Source of the DNA: Eubacteriales bacterium
GTDB lineage: Bacteria > Bacillota > Clostridia > Oscillospirales > CAG-272
NCBI GenBank assembly: GCA_045123255.1
Contig: JBGVIN010000069.1
Location: forward strand, 1 to 60,028
Length of the DNA: 60,028 nt
Direction of reading: 5' to 3'
Both the position numbers and the translations under genes were made by a program. The notes below the pieces were generated by a model that saw nothing but the letters and a program-made list of their open reading frames with translations, made no database searches and had not been told where the DNA came from. The stretch's first letter is position 1, and every line of letters starts with the position of its first letter. This document shows, piece after piece, positions 8,647-18,507 of this stretch.

Positions 8647-9288
8647 ATGTATAAGCATTTTTTGAAACGAGTTTTTGATTTTTTGGCTGCCACCGCAGGA
8701 ATCGTGGTGTTGTCTCTCCCTATGATAGTTATTGCAATTGCTATCAAAATTGATAGCCGCGGTCCTGTGTTCTTTAAGCAGAAGCGTGTCGGCAAAAACA
8801 AAAAGCATTTTAATATTATTAAGTTTCGCACTATGCGCGTTGATACTCCACATGATGCCCCAACGCACGAGCTTTCCGATCCTAAAAAGTGGATTACCAA
8901 GGTTGGCGGCTTCCTTCGCAAAACCTCACTTGACGAGCTTCCACAGCTTTTTAATATTTGGCTTGGTCAAATGGCTGTTATCGGACCTCGTCCTGCGCTT
9001 TGGAATCAATATGACCTTATTGAGGAGCGCGACAAATACGGTGCAAACGACGTGCGCCCGGGACTTACAGGATGGGCACAAATCAACGGCCGTGACGAGC
9101 TTGAAATCGACGTTAAGGCAAAGCTCGATGGCGAGTACATAGAAAAAATGGGACTTTTCTTCGACATTAAATGCTTCTTTGGCACAATTTTCAGCGTCCT
9201 TAAGCGCGACGGCGTTGTCGAGGGCGGCACCGGCGAAATGAAAAAGCAAGAAGCCGAAAAAGAACAAGAGGAGACTATACTGAAATGA
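8647..9288 (+). CDS. Priming sugar transferase (Bac_transf family phosphoglycosyltransferase)
   Basis: KRVFD, GPVFFKQKRVG, KFRTM, LRKTSLDELPQL, GPRP, RPGLTGWAQINGR. Confidence 0.95.
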   Translation: MYKHFLKRVFDFLAATAGIVVLSLPMIVIAIAIKIDSRGPVFFKQKRVGKNKKHFNIIKFRTMRVDTPHDAPTHELSDPKKWITKVGGFLRKTSLDELPQLFNIWLGQMAVIGPRPALWNQYDLIEERDKYGANDVRPGLTGWAQINGRDELEIDVKAKLDGEYIEKMGLFFDIKCFFGTIFSVLKRDGVVEGGTGEMKKQEAEKEQEETILK

Positions 9289-10199
9289 ATTGTAATCGTA
9301 TAGAAACCAGAAGTGATGATAAAAATTTTGGTTTGGTTTCAATAATAATGCCTACTTATAAGCAAGGTGAACTTATGCACAAGGCGGTTCAGTCTTTGAT
9401 TAATCAAACCTATACAAATTTTGAACTATTGGTAATTGACGATAATAAAGAAGAATCGTATCGAACAGCAAATAGTGAGTATTTTGCTTCGATAAATGAC
9501 AATCGTATTACATATATTCAAAATGAGCAAAATATGGGTTCTGCACGTACGAGAAATAGAGGAATCTCTTTGGCCAAGGGTGAGTATATTTCTTTTTTGG
9601 ACGATGATGATTATTATGATGCATTCAAATTGGAAAATCAGATTACACAGATGCATAGGCAAAACGCAGATGCTTCGGTTTGTAATTTAATTTTGTTTAA
9701 CGAAGATGGCAAGGTTGTCGATAAAAGACGCAGAAAATATCTAAAAAGAAACGAATCCATCTTAATTGCACACTTAAAATATCACATAACCGGAACGGAT
9801 ACGATGATGTTCAAGGCAGATCTCATAAGAGAGGTTGGCGGTTTTGACGAGGAAGATCTCGGCGATGAGTTCTATCTTATGTACAAGATAATTCAAAAAG
9901 CACAACGATTTATTCATGTTGATTATGACGGCGCGTTTGCTATTGTACACAATCAGGCAGGACTTTCCAGCGGTGACAACAAAATCAAAGCAGAAGAAAA
10001 GCTTATCAAATTTAAGCAGGAGCAATTTGGACTTTTAAGAAAAAGAGATATTCGATATATAAGAATGCGTCATAATGTTGTTTTAGCAATGGCTCATAAG
10101 AAAAATAAAACTTATTTGAAGTGCTTGCTCTCTCTCGTATGGGCAGGGTTACAAAGTCCGTTTGGTATGCTTAACATACTGATTGGCAATGATAGGTAG
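9285..10199 (+). CDS. Glycosyltransferase family 2
   Basis: VSIIMPTY, ELLVIDD, RNRGI, FLDDDD. Confidence 0.9.
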   Translation: MNCNRIETRSDDKNFGLVSIIMPTYKQGELMHKAVQSLINQTYTNFELLVIDDNKEESYRTANSEYFASINDNRITYIQNEQNMGSARTRNRGISLAKGEYISFLDDDDYYDAFKLENQITQMHRQNADASVCNLILFNEDGKVVDKRRRKYLKRNESILIAHLKYHITGTDTMMFKADLIREVGGFDEEDLGDEFYLMYKIIQKAQRFIHVDYDGAFAIVHNQAGLSSGDNKIKAEEKLIKFKQEQFGLLRKRDIRYIRMRHNVVLAMAHKKNKTYLKCLLSLVWAGLQSPFGMLNILIGNDR

Positions 10200-10217
10200 T
10201 AAGAAGTCGGAGAAAAA

Positions 10218-11291
10218 ATGATAATTTTACATATTTTTAATTCGTTAAACCGAAAATACGCGGGAACGGATGTGGTAATTCCAGAACATATTAAAACGCA
10301 CCAAAACTTTGAAACTATTGGAGCGATAAACTTGTCAAATCTGTTAGTGAATGGGGTAGACAACCAGCTTGCTTATATCGATGATTTCAATTTTGAAAGC
10401 CTACCTGCACCATTTGACAAGCCGGATATAATAATTTTTCACGAAATATATTATCCTAAATTTTTGTCTATCGCAAAAAAGGCAAGGAGAAAAAATATAC
10501 CATATATCATAATCCCTCATGGCAGTATGGCAAAGCAAGCGCAGAAAAACAAGCGTTTGAAAAAGGTATTAGGGAATATTTTATTCTTCAACAAATTTAT
10601 GAACGGGGCGGCCGCTATACAGTATCTTTCAGAGGATGAAAAAAATCGTTCGTTTAGAAATTTTCCTTGCTTCGTTTCTACAAATGGCCTCAATATGCCT
10701 ACCCAGCAAAAGGAAAAATTCAACGAGGACAAGCTAGTTTTTTCCTACATCGGTAGATATGATACACATATAAAGGGACTTGATTTACTTATAGATGCTA
10801 TAAAGCAAAAGGAACAGCTTGTAAGAAATAACGATTGCGTTTTCAATCTTTACGGTCCACAGAATGATTATTATATTGACAATATAAATTCTCTGAAAGC
10901 TATCATTGAAGAAAAAGGTCTTTCAGATATTGTGATTATAAATGGCCCTGTTTTGGGAGAAGAAAAGAAAAACATTCTTTTAAGTACGGATGTTTTTATA
11001 CAATGCTCTCGCACTGAAGGCATGCCAATGGGTATTTTGGAGGCGATGAGCTACGGAATTCCTTGTCTTATTACAAAGGGAACGTCATTAACAAAGGTGC
11101 TTGAAAAATATGATGCCGGATACGGTTGTGAAACAAGTGTGGATGGCATTGCAAGCGCAATAGAAAAAGCAATTTTGGAAAAGCACCTTTTAGAAGAAAA
11201 ATCAAAAAATGCAATTAATCTTATAAAAAGCGAATTTTTGTGGGAAAACGTTGCAAAGGACGCTTTAAAAAATTATAGAAAATTTATTTAA
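10218..11291 (+). CDS. Glycosyltransferase family 4 (GT-B fold)
   Basis: YIGRYD..KGLDLL, SRTEGMPMGILEAMSYGIP. Confidence 0.9.
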   Translation: MIILHIFNSLNRKYAGTDVVIPEHIKTHQNFETIGAINLSNLLVNGVDNQLAYIDDFNFESLPAPFDKPDIIIFHEIYYPKFLSIAKKARRKNIPYIIIPHGSMAKQAQKNKRLKKVLGNILFFNKFMNGAAAIQYLSEDEKNRSFRNFPCFVSTNGLNMPTQQKEKFNEDKLVFSYIGRYDTHIKGLDLLIDAIKQKEQLVRNNDCVFNLYGPQNDYYIDNINSLKAIIEEKGLSDIVIINGPVLGEEKKNILLSTDVFIQCSRTEGMPMGILEAMSYGIPCLITKGTSLTKVLEKYDAGYGCETSVDGIASAIEKAILEKHLLEEKSKNAINLIKSEFLWENVAKDALKNYRKFI

Positions 11292-11308
11292 TCATTTAGA
11301 GGTAAAAA

Positions 11309-12418
11309 ATGTTTTTATTTGAACGCCTTGTCGGTGTTGGTACGTATTCCGCTATTCTTCTTATAGTCTGTTATTTAATTTCGCGACTAAAAAGTGAAAA
11401 AAGTGTAAGAATAGTGTTGTTTATATATACTATAGCTCTTACTATTATGGGCTTTTTTTATGTGCCGCATGTTACCGCCGATCTTTATCGAACATACGGA
11501 TTTCTTGACTATTTTAGAACATTTGAATTCAAGGACTTTTTGGAAACTTATCGGAATTCAAGTACGATTATTGCAAATATATACTATTGGTTCATTTCAA
11601 AAACGGGAGAGAATAGGCTATTGCCCGCTATTACGGCATTCGTTTCTTATTTCTGCATTTTTTACGTTTTTAGAAAAACAGCAGAAAAATATAGTATAAG
11701 CAAAAAAAATCTAGCCGTAGCATTGTTTTTCTATATGTCAATAGGAAGTTATATATACGTTATTTCGAATATTAGAACTATGCTTGCAATTTCTCTTATC
11801 GTTTTTTGCTTTTTTAGAGAAGCGGTTGAAAAGAAATTTAGACTGTACCACATTTTGTTATATGTAATAGCGGCATTTATGCATAATCTTGCGGTTGTTG
11901 TAATTCTTATTCGTCTCGTTATACCATTGGTTTCCAGATCAACAAGTATCTTTAGAAGAATTGCATATATAATCTTTTTTGTTGCGATTTCTGTTTTTAT
12001 TACATTCAATCTACGAGAATTATTGGATGCTGTGATTAAAAGAGCGGAGAATTATTTAGGCGGAAATATATATTCATATTTTTGGGATTACTTGATTGGA
12101 GTGTTAGTTGCTGTAGTATCAGTGATTGTGCTTTTGAATGTAAAATGTAAGCAACATGGCAATGGTGAACTTTCTCAAATAAAAGCTTTTTCGCTTTCAT
12201 GCATCGCAATAGCGCTTGTGTTTAGTTTCGAATTTTCCACATTCCATAGACTTGTCACATATGTAAATGCTATCACTGTAACACCGCTAGTTATGATATG
12301 TTCGGATAAACAAGAAACTAAGAATGTGCAGAAATTCATACTCTTTATATCATTTATTCTATTGTTCCTTTCTTGTTCGCGCGGCTCGCTTTGCTCGCTA
12401 AAATTCTTTGTTTGGTAA
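11309..12418 (+). CDS. Polysaccharide polymerase, EpsG/Wzy-like
   Basis: About 10 hydrophobic segments; ADLYRTY, NIRTMLAISL, AAFMH motifs; locus context. Confidence 0.75.
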   Translation: MFLFERLVGVGTYSAILLIVCYLISRLKSEKSVRIVLFIYTIALTIMGFFYVPHVTADLYRTYGFLDYFRTFEFKDFLETYRNSSTIIANIYYWFISKTGENRLLPAITAFVSYFCIFYVFRKTAEKYSISKKNLAVALFFYMSIGSYIYVISNIRTMLAISLIVFCFFREAVEKKFRLYHILLYVIAAFMHNLAVVVILIRLVIPLVSRSTSIFRRIAYIIFFVAISVFITFNLRELLDAVIKRAENYLGGNIYSYFWDYLIGVLVAVVSVIVLLNVKCKQHGNGELSQIKAFSLSCIAIALVFSFEFSTFHRLVTYVNAITVTPLVMICSDKQETKNVQKFILFISFILLFLSCSRGSLCSLKFFVW

Positions 12419-12427
12419 GGAGTGCTT

Positions 12428-13549
12428 ATGAAAAAAGAGCGCAATTACGGCGTTGATTTATTAAGAATATTTCTAATGCTGATGATAGTGGCAGGACATT
12501 TGTTTGTACATACGGGGGCAAGGGATGCGCTGCCGAATTATTCTCTTGAGTGGGGATATACGTGGATTTGTCAGACAATAATTTTATGTGCCGTTAATTG
12601 CTTTGTTTTGATAACCGGGTATTTTGCTAATGTAAATTCATATGCTATTCGTATAAGGAAAATTATGCTTTTGTATGGACAAGTATTTTTTTATTCCGTT
12701 AGCATATATATCGTTTTGTTAGTGATAGGGAAAATAGATTTTTCGATAACGGGAGCTATACGCGCTGTTTTTCCGTTTTTGAGCGGACAATATTGGTTTT
12801 TCTCGTCATATATTCTTCTTATGATTTTGATGCCGTTTCTTAATTACATGTTAAGCAATCTTAGTGATTTTGCATTAAAAATATTGACCGCTATAATTGT
12901 TTTGTTGTTCTACTTTTTGCCAATATTCAAAATTGTGTTTATTCAATTCGACAAAAGTGAAGGAATGGGTATTATAGGTTTTGTAACCTTATATATAATA
13001 GGACATGCATTAAGCCGTTTCAAACTTAAAATATCTAAATTTAAGTGCGTGATAGGTATTGTTCTTAATTGCGCAATAATGTTTGCTTCTAAAATTGTAC
13101 TTGCTTACATTGTAGAAAAAGCGCAAATGAATGCCGGTAGTAGCTTGTTGTACAACTATAATATGATAACACAACTAATAAACGCGACACTTCTTTTGTT
13201 CTTCTTCAAGGGAATAAAAATCAAACGCAGAGGAATTAAGTTGATAAGCTTCGTGTCGGCATCTACATTTGGAATATATTTGTTGCATGAGCATCCTAAT
13301 ATGAGAAGAATTATATGGAATGAACAGTTGAAAAATCTATTGCTTGAATCTAATGCGGTGGCTTTTATAATTTTATCTCTCGCCATGCCGCTCGCACTAT
13401 TTTTGATTTGCTTGCTTGTGGATATAATAAGACGGCTTTTGGCCAAGGCGTTTGCGAAGCTCAAGCCATTGCAAAAAATCAATAAAGGACTGATTGAGCT
13501 TGAAAATAAGATAAATGAAAAAATGATAACTAAAAAGGAAGAAAAATGA
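12428..13549 (+). CDS. Membrane O-acyltransferase (acyltransferase family 3)
   Basis: RNYGVDLLR, AVNCFVLITGYF, YWF, FGIYLLHEHP; start may be GTG at 12422. Confidence 0.88.
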   Translation: MKKERNYGVDLLRIFLMLMIVAGHLFVHTGARDALPNYSLEWGYTWICQTIILCAVNCFVLITGYFANVNSYAIRIRKIMLLYGQVFFYSVSIYIVLLVIGKIDFSITGAIRAVFPFLSGQYWFFSSYILLMILMPFLNYMLSNLSDFALKILTAIIVLLFYFLPIFKIVFIQFDKSEGMGIIGFVTLYIIGHALSRFKLKISKFKCVIGIVLNCAIMFASKIVLAYIVEKAQMNAGSSLLYNYNMITQLINATLLLFFFKGIKIKRRGIKLISFVSASTFGIYLLHEHPNMRRIIWNEQLKNLLLESNAVAFIILSLAMPLALFLICLLVDIIRRLLAKAFAKLKPLQKINKGLIELENKINEKMITKKEEK

Positions 13550-14529
13550 AATTGATAAGTGTCATAGTTCCTGTTTACAAGGCTGAAAGGTATCTTGGCG
13601 AATGCGTTGACTCTATTTTAAACCAAACGTATGAAAGCTTTGAACTTATCTTAGTTGATGATGGCTCTCCCGATAACAGCGGCAAAATTTGCGATGAATA
13701 TGCAAAAAAAGATGAAAGAGTAAAGGTTATTCACAAAGAAAACGGTGGGGTTTCTTCAGCGCGCAACACGGGAATTGATAATGCAAAAGGCGAGTACATA
13801 ACATTTGTTGATTCCGATGATGTAGTGGACAGGCAGTATCTCGAGCTTATGTACAAAAGAATCAAAGAAACAAAGTCCGATATGTGCTTTTGCCATTTTG
13901 ATAGATTTGATGAAGAAGTATATGTAGAGTATAAAGAAACAATCCCTGAATTTCTGACTATAGATTTTGATGATGAGAAATTCATAAATTTTGCAAATTC
14001 GTTTTTTAATTTGAAAAAGAACGTTTTTGGAAGCGCGTGTCGAATACTTTTTAAAAAACCTATTGTGAATATGCTAAGATTTAACACGAAAATTAAAATT
14101 AGCGAGGATTTGGTTTTTACTTTGAATGCGATTTTCAATTCTAGGTCCATTTGTTCAATACAAAATGTTCTTTATCATTATAGAACGAACTTTGCTTCAG
14201 TTGGACAAACATACAAAAAGAATTTTTTAACGAGTCAGCTTGAGTTGCAAAAAGAATTAGAATTGATATTTGCTCGTTTTAATGGGAGAACCGCTAAAAA
14301 AATTTCAGAGTTATATTTTTGCTTGATTTGTTACTATCTTTTTTCTAACGAACTGAAATTCCGAAAAATAAACTCCGACTATAAGAAAAATTTGAATCAC
14401 ATAAGAAAAAGTGAGCTTTATTCTTATTTCAAATTTAAAAATATATTAAAACTAGGCGATGGTACGATAAAACAGAAAATGAAACACTCAATTATTTGGT
14501 TTCTTGCAAAGACCAGAATATGGGGATAA
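13546..14529 (+). CDS. Glycosyltransferase family 2
   Basis: ISVIVPVY, LVDDGSPD, NGGVSSARN, FVDSDD, SED. Confidence 0.92.
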   Translation: MKLISVIVPVYKAERYLGECVDSILNQTYESFELILVDDGSPDNSGKICDEYAKKDERVKVIHKENGGVSSARNTGIDNAKGEYITFVDSDDVVDRQYLELMYKRIKETKSDMCFCHFDRFDEEVYVEYKETIPEFLTIDFDDEKFINFANSFFNLKKNVFGSACRILFKKPIVNMLRFNTKIKISEDLVFTLNAIFNSRSICSIQNVLYHYRTNFASVGQTYKKNFLTSQLELQKELELIFARFNGRTAKKISELYFCLICYYLFSNELKFRKINSDYKKNLNHIRKSELYSYFKFKNILKLGDGTIKQKMKHSIIWFLAKTRIWG

Positions 14530-14593
14530 AAAGCAAATAGAATGCTTTTTGAGTTTTGTGTTAAAGAGACCATAATAAAAGTAGGAAAATAAA

Positions 14594-15745
14594 ATGATAT
14601 TTAAGTTATTAAAATGTGCGCTGAGTGGCGAGGTGCTGGGTGACGAGGCGCTTGTTGATGTTGCGGCGTTGGATGTGGACGGATGGAAGGAAATATACAG
14701 CACATCTAAAAAGCACGATTTGGCTCATATGGTGGGCTATGCATTGAGTTTGTCTAACGCTCAAATTGAAGGCGATGTTAAAAAGGCGTTTGACAGAATT
14801 GTCAACATGGCATCGTTTCGCTACGTTAAAAAAAGCTACGAGTTAGACGCTATAAAGGGTGCGTTATCACAGGCTCAAATTTGCTTTTTGCCGCTCAAGG
14901 GCTCGGTGATTTGTGATTACTATAAGGAGCCTTGGCTCAGAACAAGCTGCGATATCGATCTTCTTGTAAAAAAAGAGGATTTGGAAAAGGCAAAATGCGC
15001 TATTATCGACACTCTCGGTTACGAATTGCAACCATCGTCAACCATGCACGACGTTTCGTTAATGTCACCAAGCGGTGTGCATCTTGAGCTTCATTTTGAA
15101 TTGAAAGAAGAGCTTTTTAAGGAGTCACAGCTGCTAAGTGATATTTGGGTTGGCGGCGAGCTTGTGCCTGCTTCCGAATATGAATATCAAATAACAAACG
15201 AGATGTTCTTGTTCTACCATATTTACCATATGGCAAAGCATTTTCAAAATGGAGGCTGCGGTATTAAGCCTCTTCTTGACTTGTGGATTATTAAAAATAA
15301 AATGGGCTATGACGAGGAGAAGGCAAGGGCACTTCTTGAAAAAGAGGGTTATTTTGTTTTTTACGAGAGGGCGCTTGATTTGATGAACGTGTGGCTCGAA
15401 AGCGGTGAGCATACCAACATTACTAAGAACCTCGAAAACTATATACTTAATGGTGGAGTATATGGCTCGCTTGAACAAAACATTATAATGTCACAAAGCA
15501 AAAAGGGCGGAGCCTTCAAAAATCTATGGCGTAGAATCTTTTTGCCCTATAGACTACTAATTATAAGATATCCGTCTCTGAAAAAATTCCCGCCCTTGTA
15601 TCCTCTTTATTTGGTCATTAGGTGGCTTAGAATTATATTTAGCAGGGACAGAGGTCACGCATTTGATGAATTGAAGGTAAATCAAAAAATCTCGCAAACC
15701 GAAAGAGATGCCGCGAAAGCGCTAAATGAAGAGTTGGGCTTATAA
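14594..15745 (+). CDS. Uncharacterised nucleotidyltransferase-family protein (NTP_transf_5-like)
   Basis: LPLKGS, RTSCDIDLLV, LELHFEL, HMAKHF..GGCGIK..LDL. Confidence 0.8.
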   Translation: MIFKLLKCALSGEVLGDEALVDVAALDVDGWKEIYSTSKKHDLAHMVGYALSLSNAQIEGDVKKAFDRIVNMASFRYVKKSYELDAIKGALSQAQICFLPLKGSVICDYYKEPWLRTSCDIDLLVKKEDLEKAKCAIIDTLGYELQPSSTMHDVSLMSPSGVHLELHFELKEELFKESQLLSDIWVGGELVPASEYEYQITNEMFLFYHIYHMAKHFQNGGCGIKPLLDLWIIKNKMGYDEEKARALLEKEGYFVFYERALDLMNVWLESGEHTNITKNLENYILNGGVYGSLEQNIIMSQSKKGGAFKNLWRRIFLPYRLLIIRYPSLKKFPPLYPLYLVIRWLRIIFSRDRGHAFDELKVNQKISQTERDAAKALNEELGL

Positions 15746-15767
15746 ACATAAAATAAAGGAAGATGAA

Positions 15768-16727
15768 ATGAGTAAAAATATTAAGGTTTCAATTATTTGT
15801 TTGGTTTATAACCACGAGCCATATTTGAGAAAATGTCTTGATGGCTTTGTAAATCAAAAATGTAATTTTGAATATGAGGTTTTAATACACGATGACGCCT
15901 CTACTGATAATTCTGCAAGAATAATACGAGAATATGAGGAAAAATATCCAAATATAATTAAACCTATATATCAGAAAGAAAACCAACATTCAAAAGGTGT
16001 GAAAATATCAGCCACGTTTTTATATCCCAACGCTCGAGGTGAGTACATCGCATGGTGCGAGGGCGATGACTATTGGACAAACGAAAACAAATTACAAAAA
16101 CAGGTTGATTTCTTGGACTCGCACTCTGAATATATTGCGTGCGCACACAAATACGATGTGATAAATAAAGAAGGAGACAAGGTTGATAAGATAACGTTTG
16201 GATATTACGAGAATGAGGGAGTTTATACCCTTGATGATTTTCAAAAATATGAAATGCCAAGTCAGCTTGCGACCTTTGTTTACAGAAATATATTCACAAA
16301 AAACATTGAAAAGTATAGATTTTTTGATGATGTGACACTCCCCGGAGATATGAAAGCGGTTTTGTTTATGCTGCTTCACGGAAATATATATAGACTAAAT
16401 GAGAAGTATTCTGTCTATAGGCATGTCTCTGAAATTGGAGGGGATTCTTGGTCTTCTCGAATATTGAGAGAAAAAAATCGCGCGCGTAAAACATGGTTGG
16501 GATTAAGAAAATTAGAAAAAATAGTAAAAGAAAAATATGGAATAAAATTAGATTTCAAAACGAGAAAAATGCAAGTTGCGTTTGCTGATATTCATTCTGA
16601 AAAAAATTTGTTCAAAGTGATTAAGAAAACAGTATATTATTTGTTTAGACAACCGGGATTAATTGTTATATGCTTTGATAAGATTATCAGAGGAAAAAAA
16701 GGGGATTATCTAAAGAAAAAATTATAG
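15768..16727 (+). CDS. Glycosyltransferase family 2
   Basis: VSIICLVYNHE, HDDASTD, CEGDDYW; start reassigned to ATG at 15768 after AAGGAAG. Confidence 0.9.
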   Translation: MSKNIKVSIICLVYNHEPYLRKCLDGFVNQKCNFEYEVLIHDDASTDNSARIIREYEEKYPNIIKPIYQKENQHSKGVKISATFLYPNARGEYIAWCEGDDYWTNENKLQKQVDFLDSHSEYIACAHKYDVINKEGDKVDKITFGYYENEGVYTLDDFQKYEMPSQLATFVYRNIFTKNIEKYRFFDDVTLPGDMKAVLFMLLHGNIYRLNEKYSVYRHVSEIGGDSWSSRILREKNRARKTWLGLRKLEKIVKEKYGIKLDFKTRKMQVAFADIHSEKNLFKVIKKTVYYLFRQPGLIVICFDKIIRGKKGDYLKKKL

Positions 16728-16756
16728 CCATATTCAATTTTGCTGAAAGGATAAAA

Positions 16757-18214
16757 ATGGGAAACAATATTTCAAAAGCGCTTGGCTGGAAGCTTTTTGA
16801 ACGCTTTGGAGTCCAAGGCGTGCAATTCGTTTTGCAAATAATACTTGCAAGATTACTTTCTCCAGAGCACTATGGAGTTCTTTCCATAATGATTATATTT
16901 ACAACTCTTGCTAATGTATTTATACAAAATGGCTTCAATACCGCTTTGATACAAAAAAAGAATGTAAAAGAGGATGATTTTTCTTCCGCGTTCTGGGTGT
17001 CACTGGCAATAGCTGCGGTTGCGTACATAGTGTTGTTTTTCTCCGCACCTTTAATCGGTAAATTTTATAATATGCCTGAAATTGTAAAACCGTTTAGATA
17101 TCTTGGAATAATGCTTTTTCCGGGGGCTCTAAATTCAATTCAGCTTGCTAAGGTTGGCAGAGAAATGAACTTCAAAAAGGTTTTTATAAGTAACCTTGGA
17201 GCAATTTTAATATCAGGTCTTGTAGGTGTAGCAATTGCATATATGGGCGGTGGAATTTGGGCTCTTGTTGCACAGAGTCTGCTTAATACCTTTATTGCGG
17301 CTATTGTTATGATGCTGACGGTAAATTGGGCACCTAGGTTTGTTTGTGATTTGAAAAGAGTTTCCGAGCTTTTTAGCTTTGGTTGGAAGTTGCTTGTTTC
17401 CGGACTAATTGATACTCTTTATCAAGATTTGAGAAGCTTGGTGATAGGTAAAAAATACGACAGTGGCACGCTTGGGTACTACAACCGAGGAAGGCAATTC
17501 CCACAATTTTTGATGAACTCTATAAATAGTTCTGTTCAAAGCGTAATGCTTCCTGCGATGTCCAAAGAACAAGATAATAAAGCTAAGGTTAAGGCTATGA
17601 TGCGCACATCTATGTCTGTTAGCGCATATATAGTGTTTCCGATGATGGCGGGCCTTGCCGCAGTTGCAGTTCCACTTATATCAGTTTTGTTAACCGACAA
17701 ATGGCTTCCTGCCGTTCCATATATGATGATATATTGCTTTACTATGGCGTTTTATCCGGTACATAGTTGTAATTTGCAGGCGATAAATGCAATGGGCAGG
17801 AGTGATATATTTTTAAAGCTGGAAATCATAAAGAAAGTAATAGGTGTTACATCGCTTGTTGTAGCGGTATTTTGCTTTAATAGTCCTATTGCAATAGCAA
17901 TGACCGGTATATTTACAACGCTAATTAGCTCATTCGTAAACGCGTTCCCAAATAAAAAATTGATAGGCTATTCTTATTTCGAGCAAATAAGAGATTTATT
18001 GCCATCGCTTTTAGTATCGGGCATAATGTTTGGCGCGGTTTATGCAATGTCATTTATAAAATTACCTAATATTGTTATTTTAATTATGCAAGTTTTTGCA
18101 GGTGTTGTGATTTATATTGCGCTGTCTGCAATATTTAGATTAAAAGGATTTAGGTTCGTTAAAATTAAGTTTGTTTCTATCATAAAAAAAGTCTTAAAAA
18201 GAAAGCATGGTTAA
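16757..18214 (+). CDS. wzx: Wzx flippase (polysaccharide biosynthesis protein)
   Basis: LARLLSPEHYG, ALIQKK, LGYYNRG, ~12 TM segments. Confidence 0.9.
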   Translation: MGNNISKALGWKLFERFGVQGVQFVLQIILARLLSPEHYGVLSIMIIFTTLANVFIQNGFNTALIQKKNVKEDDFSSAFWVSLAIAAVAYIVLFFSAPLIGKFYNMPEIVKPFRYLGIMLFPGALNSIQLAKVGREMNFKKVFISNLGAILISGLVGVAIAYMGGGIWALVAQSLLNTFIAAIVMMLTVNWAPRFVCDLKRVSELFSFGWKLLVSGLIDTLYQDLRSLVIGKKYDSGTLGYYNRGRQFPQFLMNSINSSVQSVMLPAMSKEQDNKAKVKAMMRTSMSVSAYIVFPMMAGLAAVAVPLISVLLTDKWLPAVPYMMIYCFTMAFYPVHSCNLQAINAMGRSDIFLKLEIIKKVIGVTSLVVAVFCFNSPIAIAMTGIFTTLISSFVNAFPNKKLIGYSYFEQIRDLLPSLLVSGIMFGAVYAMSFIKLPNIVILIMQVFAGVVIYIALSAIFRLKGFRFVKIKFVSIIKKVLKRKHG

Positions 18215-18507
18215 ATATGCAATTATTCTATGAAATCAATCATGAGTTGCTTTGGAATAGGTAGGTTCATCTTTTCCGGTGATGCTTTTTATGAGATAGA
18301 TCAGGTTTTTATTGACGAAAAGCACTTGGAAAAGGCGATACTCATTTCTTCTTTTTGGAAGAAGAATAATGCAGTCATACGAGCGAACATAATTGGTAAC
18401 GGAGCTTGTGAAATGGTTGAATAGTAAAATGGTTGAAAATATACACGTATTTGAATTGGAAATCAAGGAGTTTTAAGAACTATTGAAAAAGAGAGAAGGG
18501 TTTGTTT

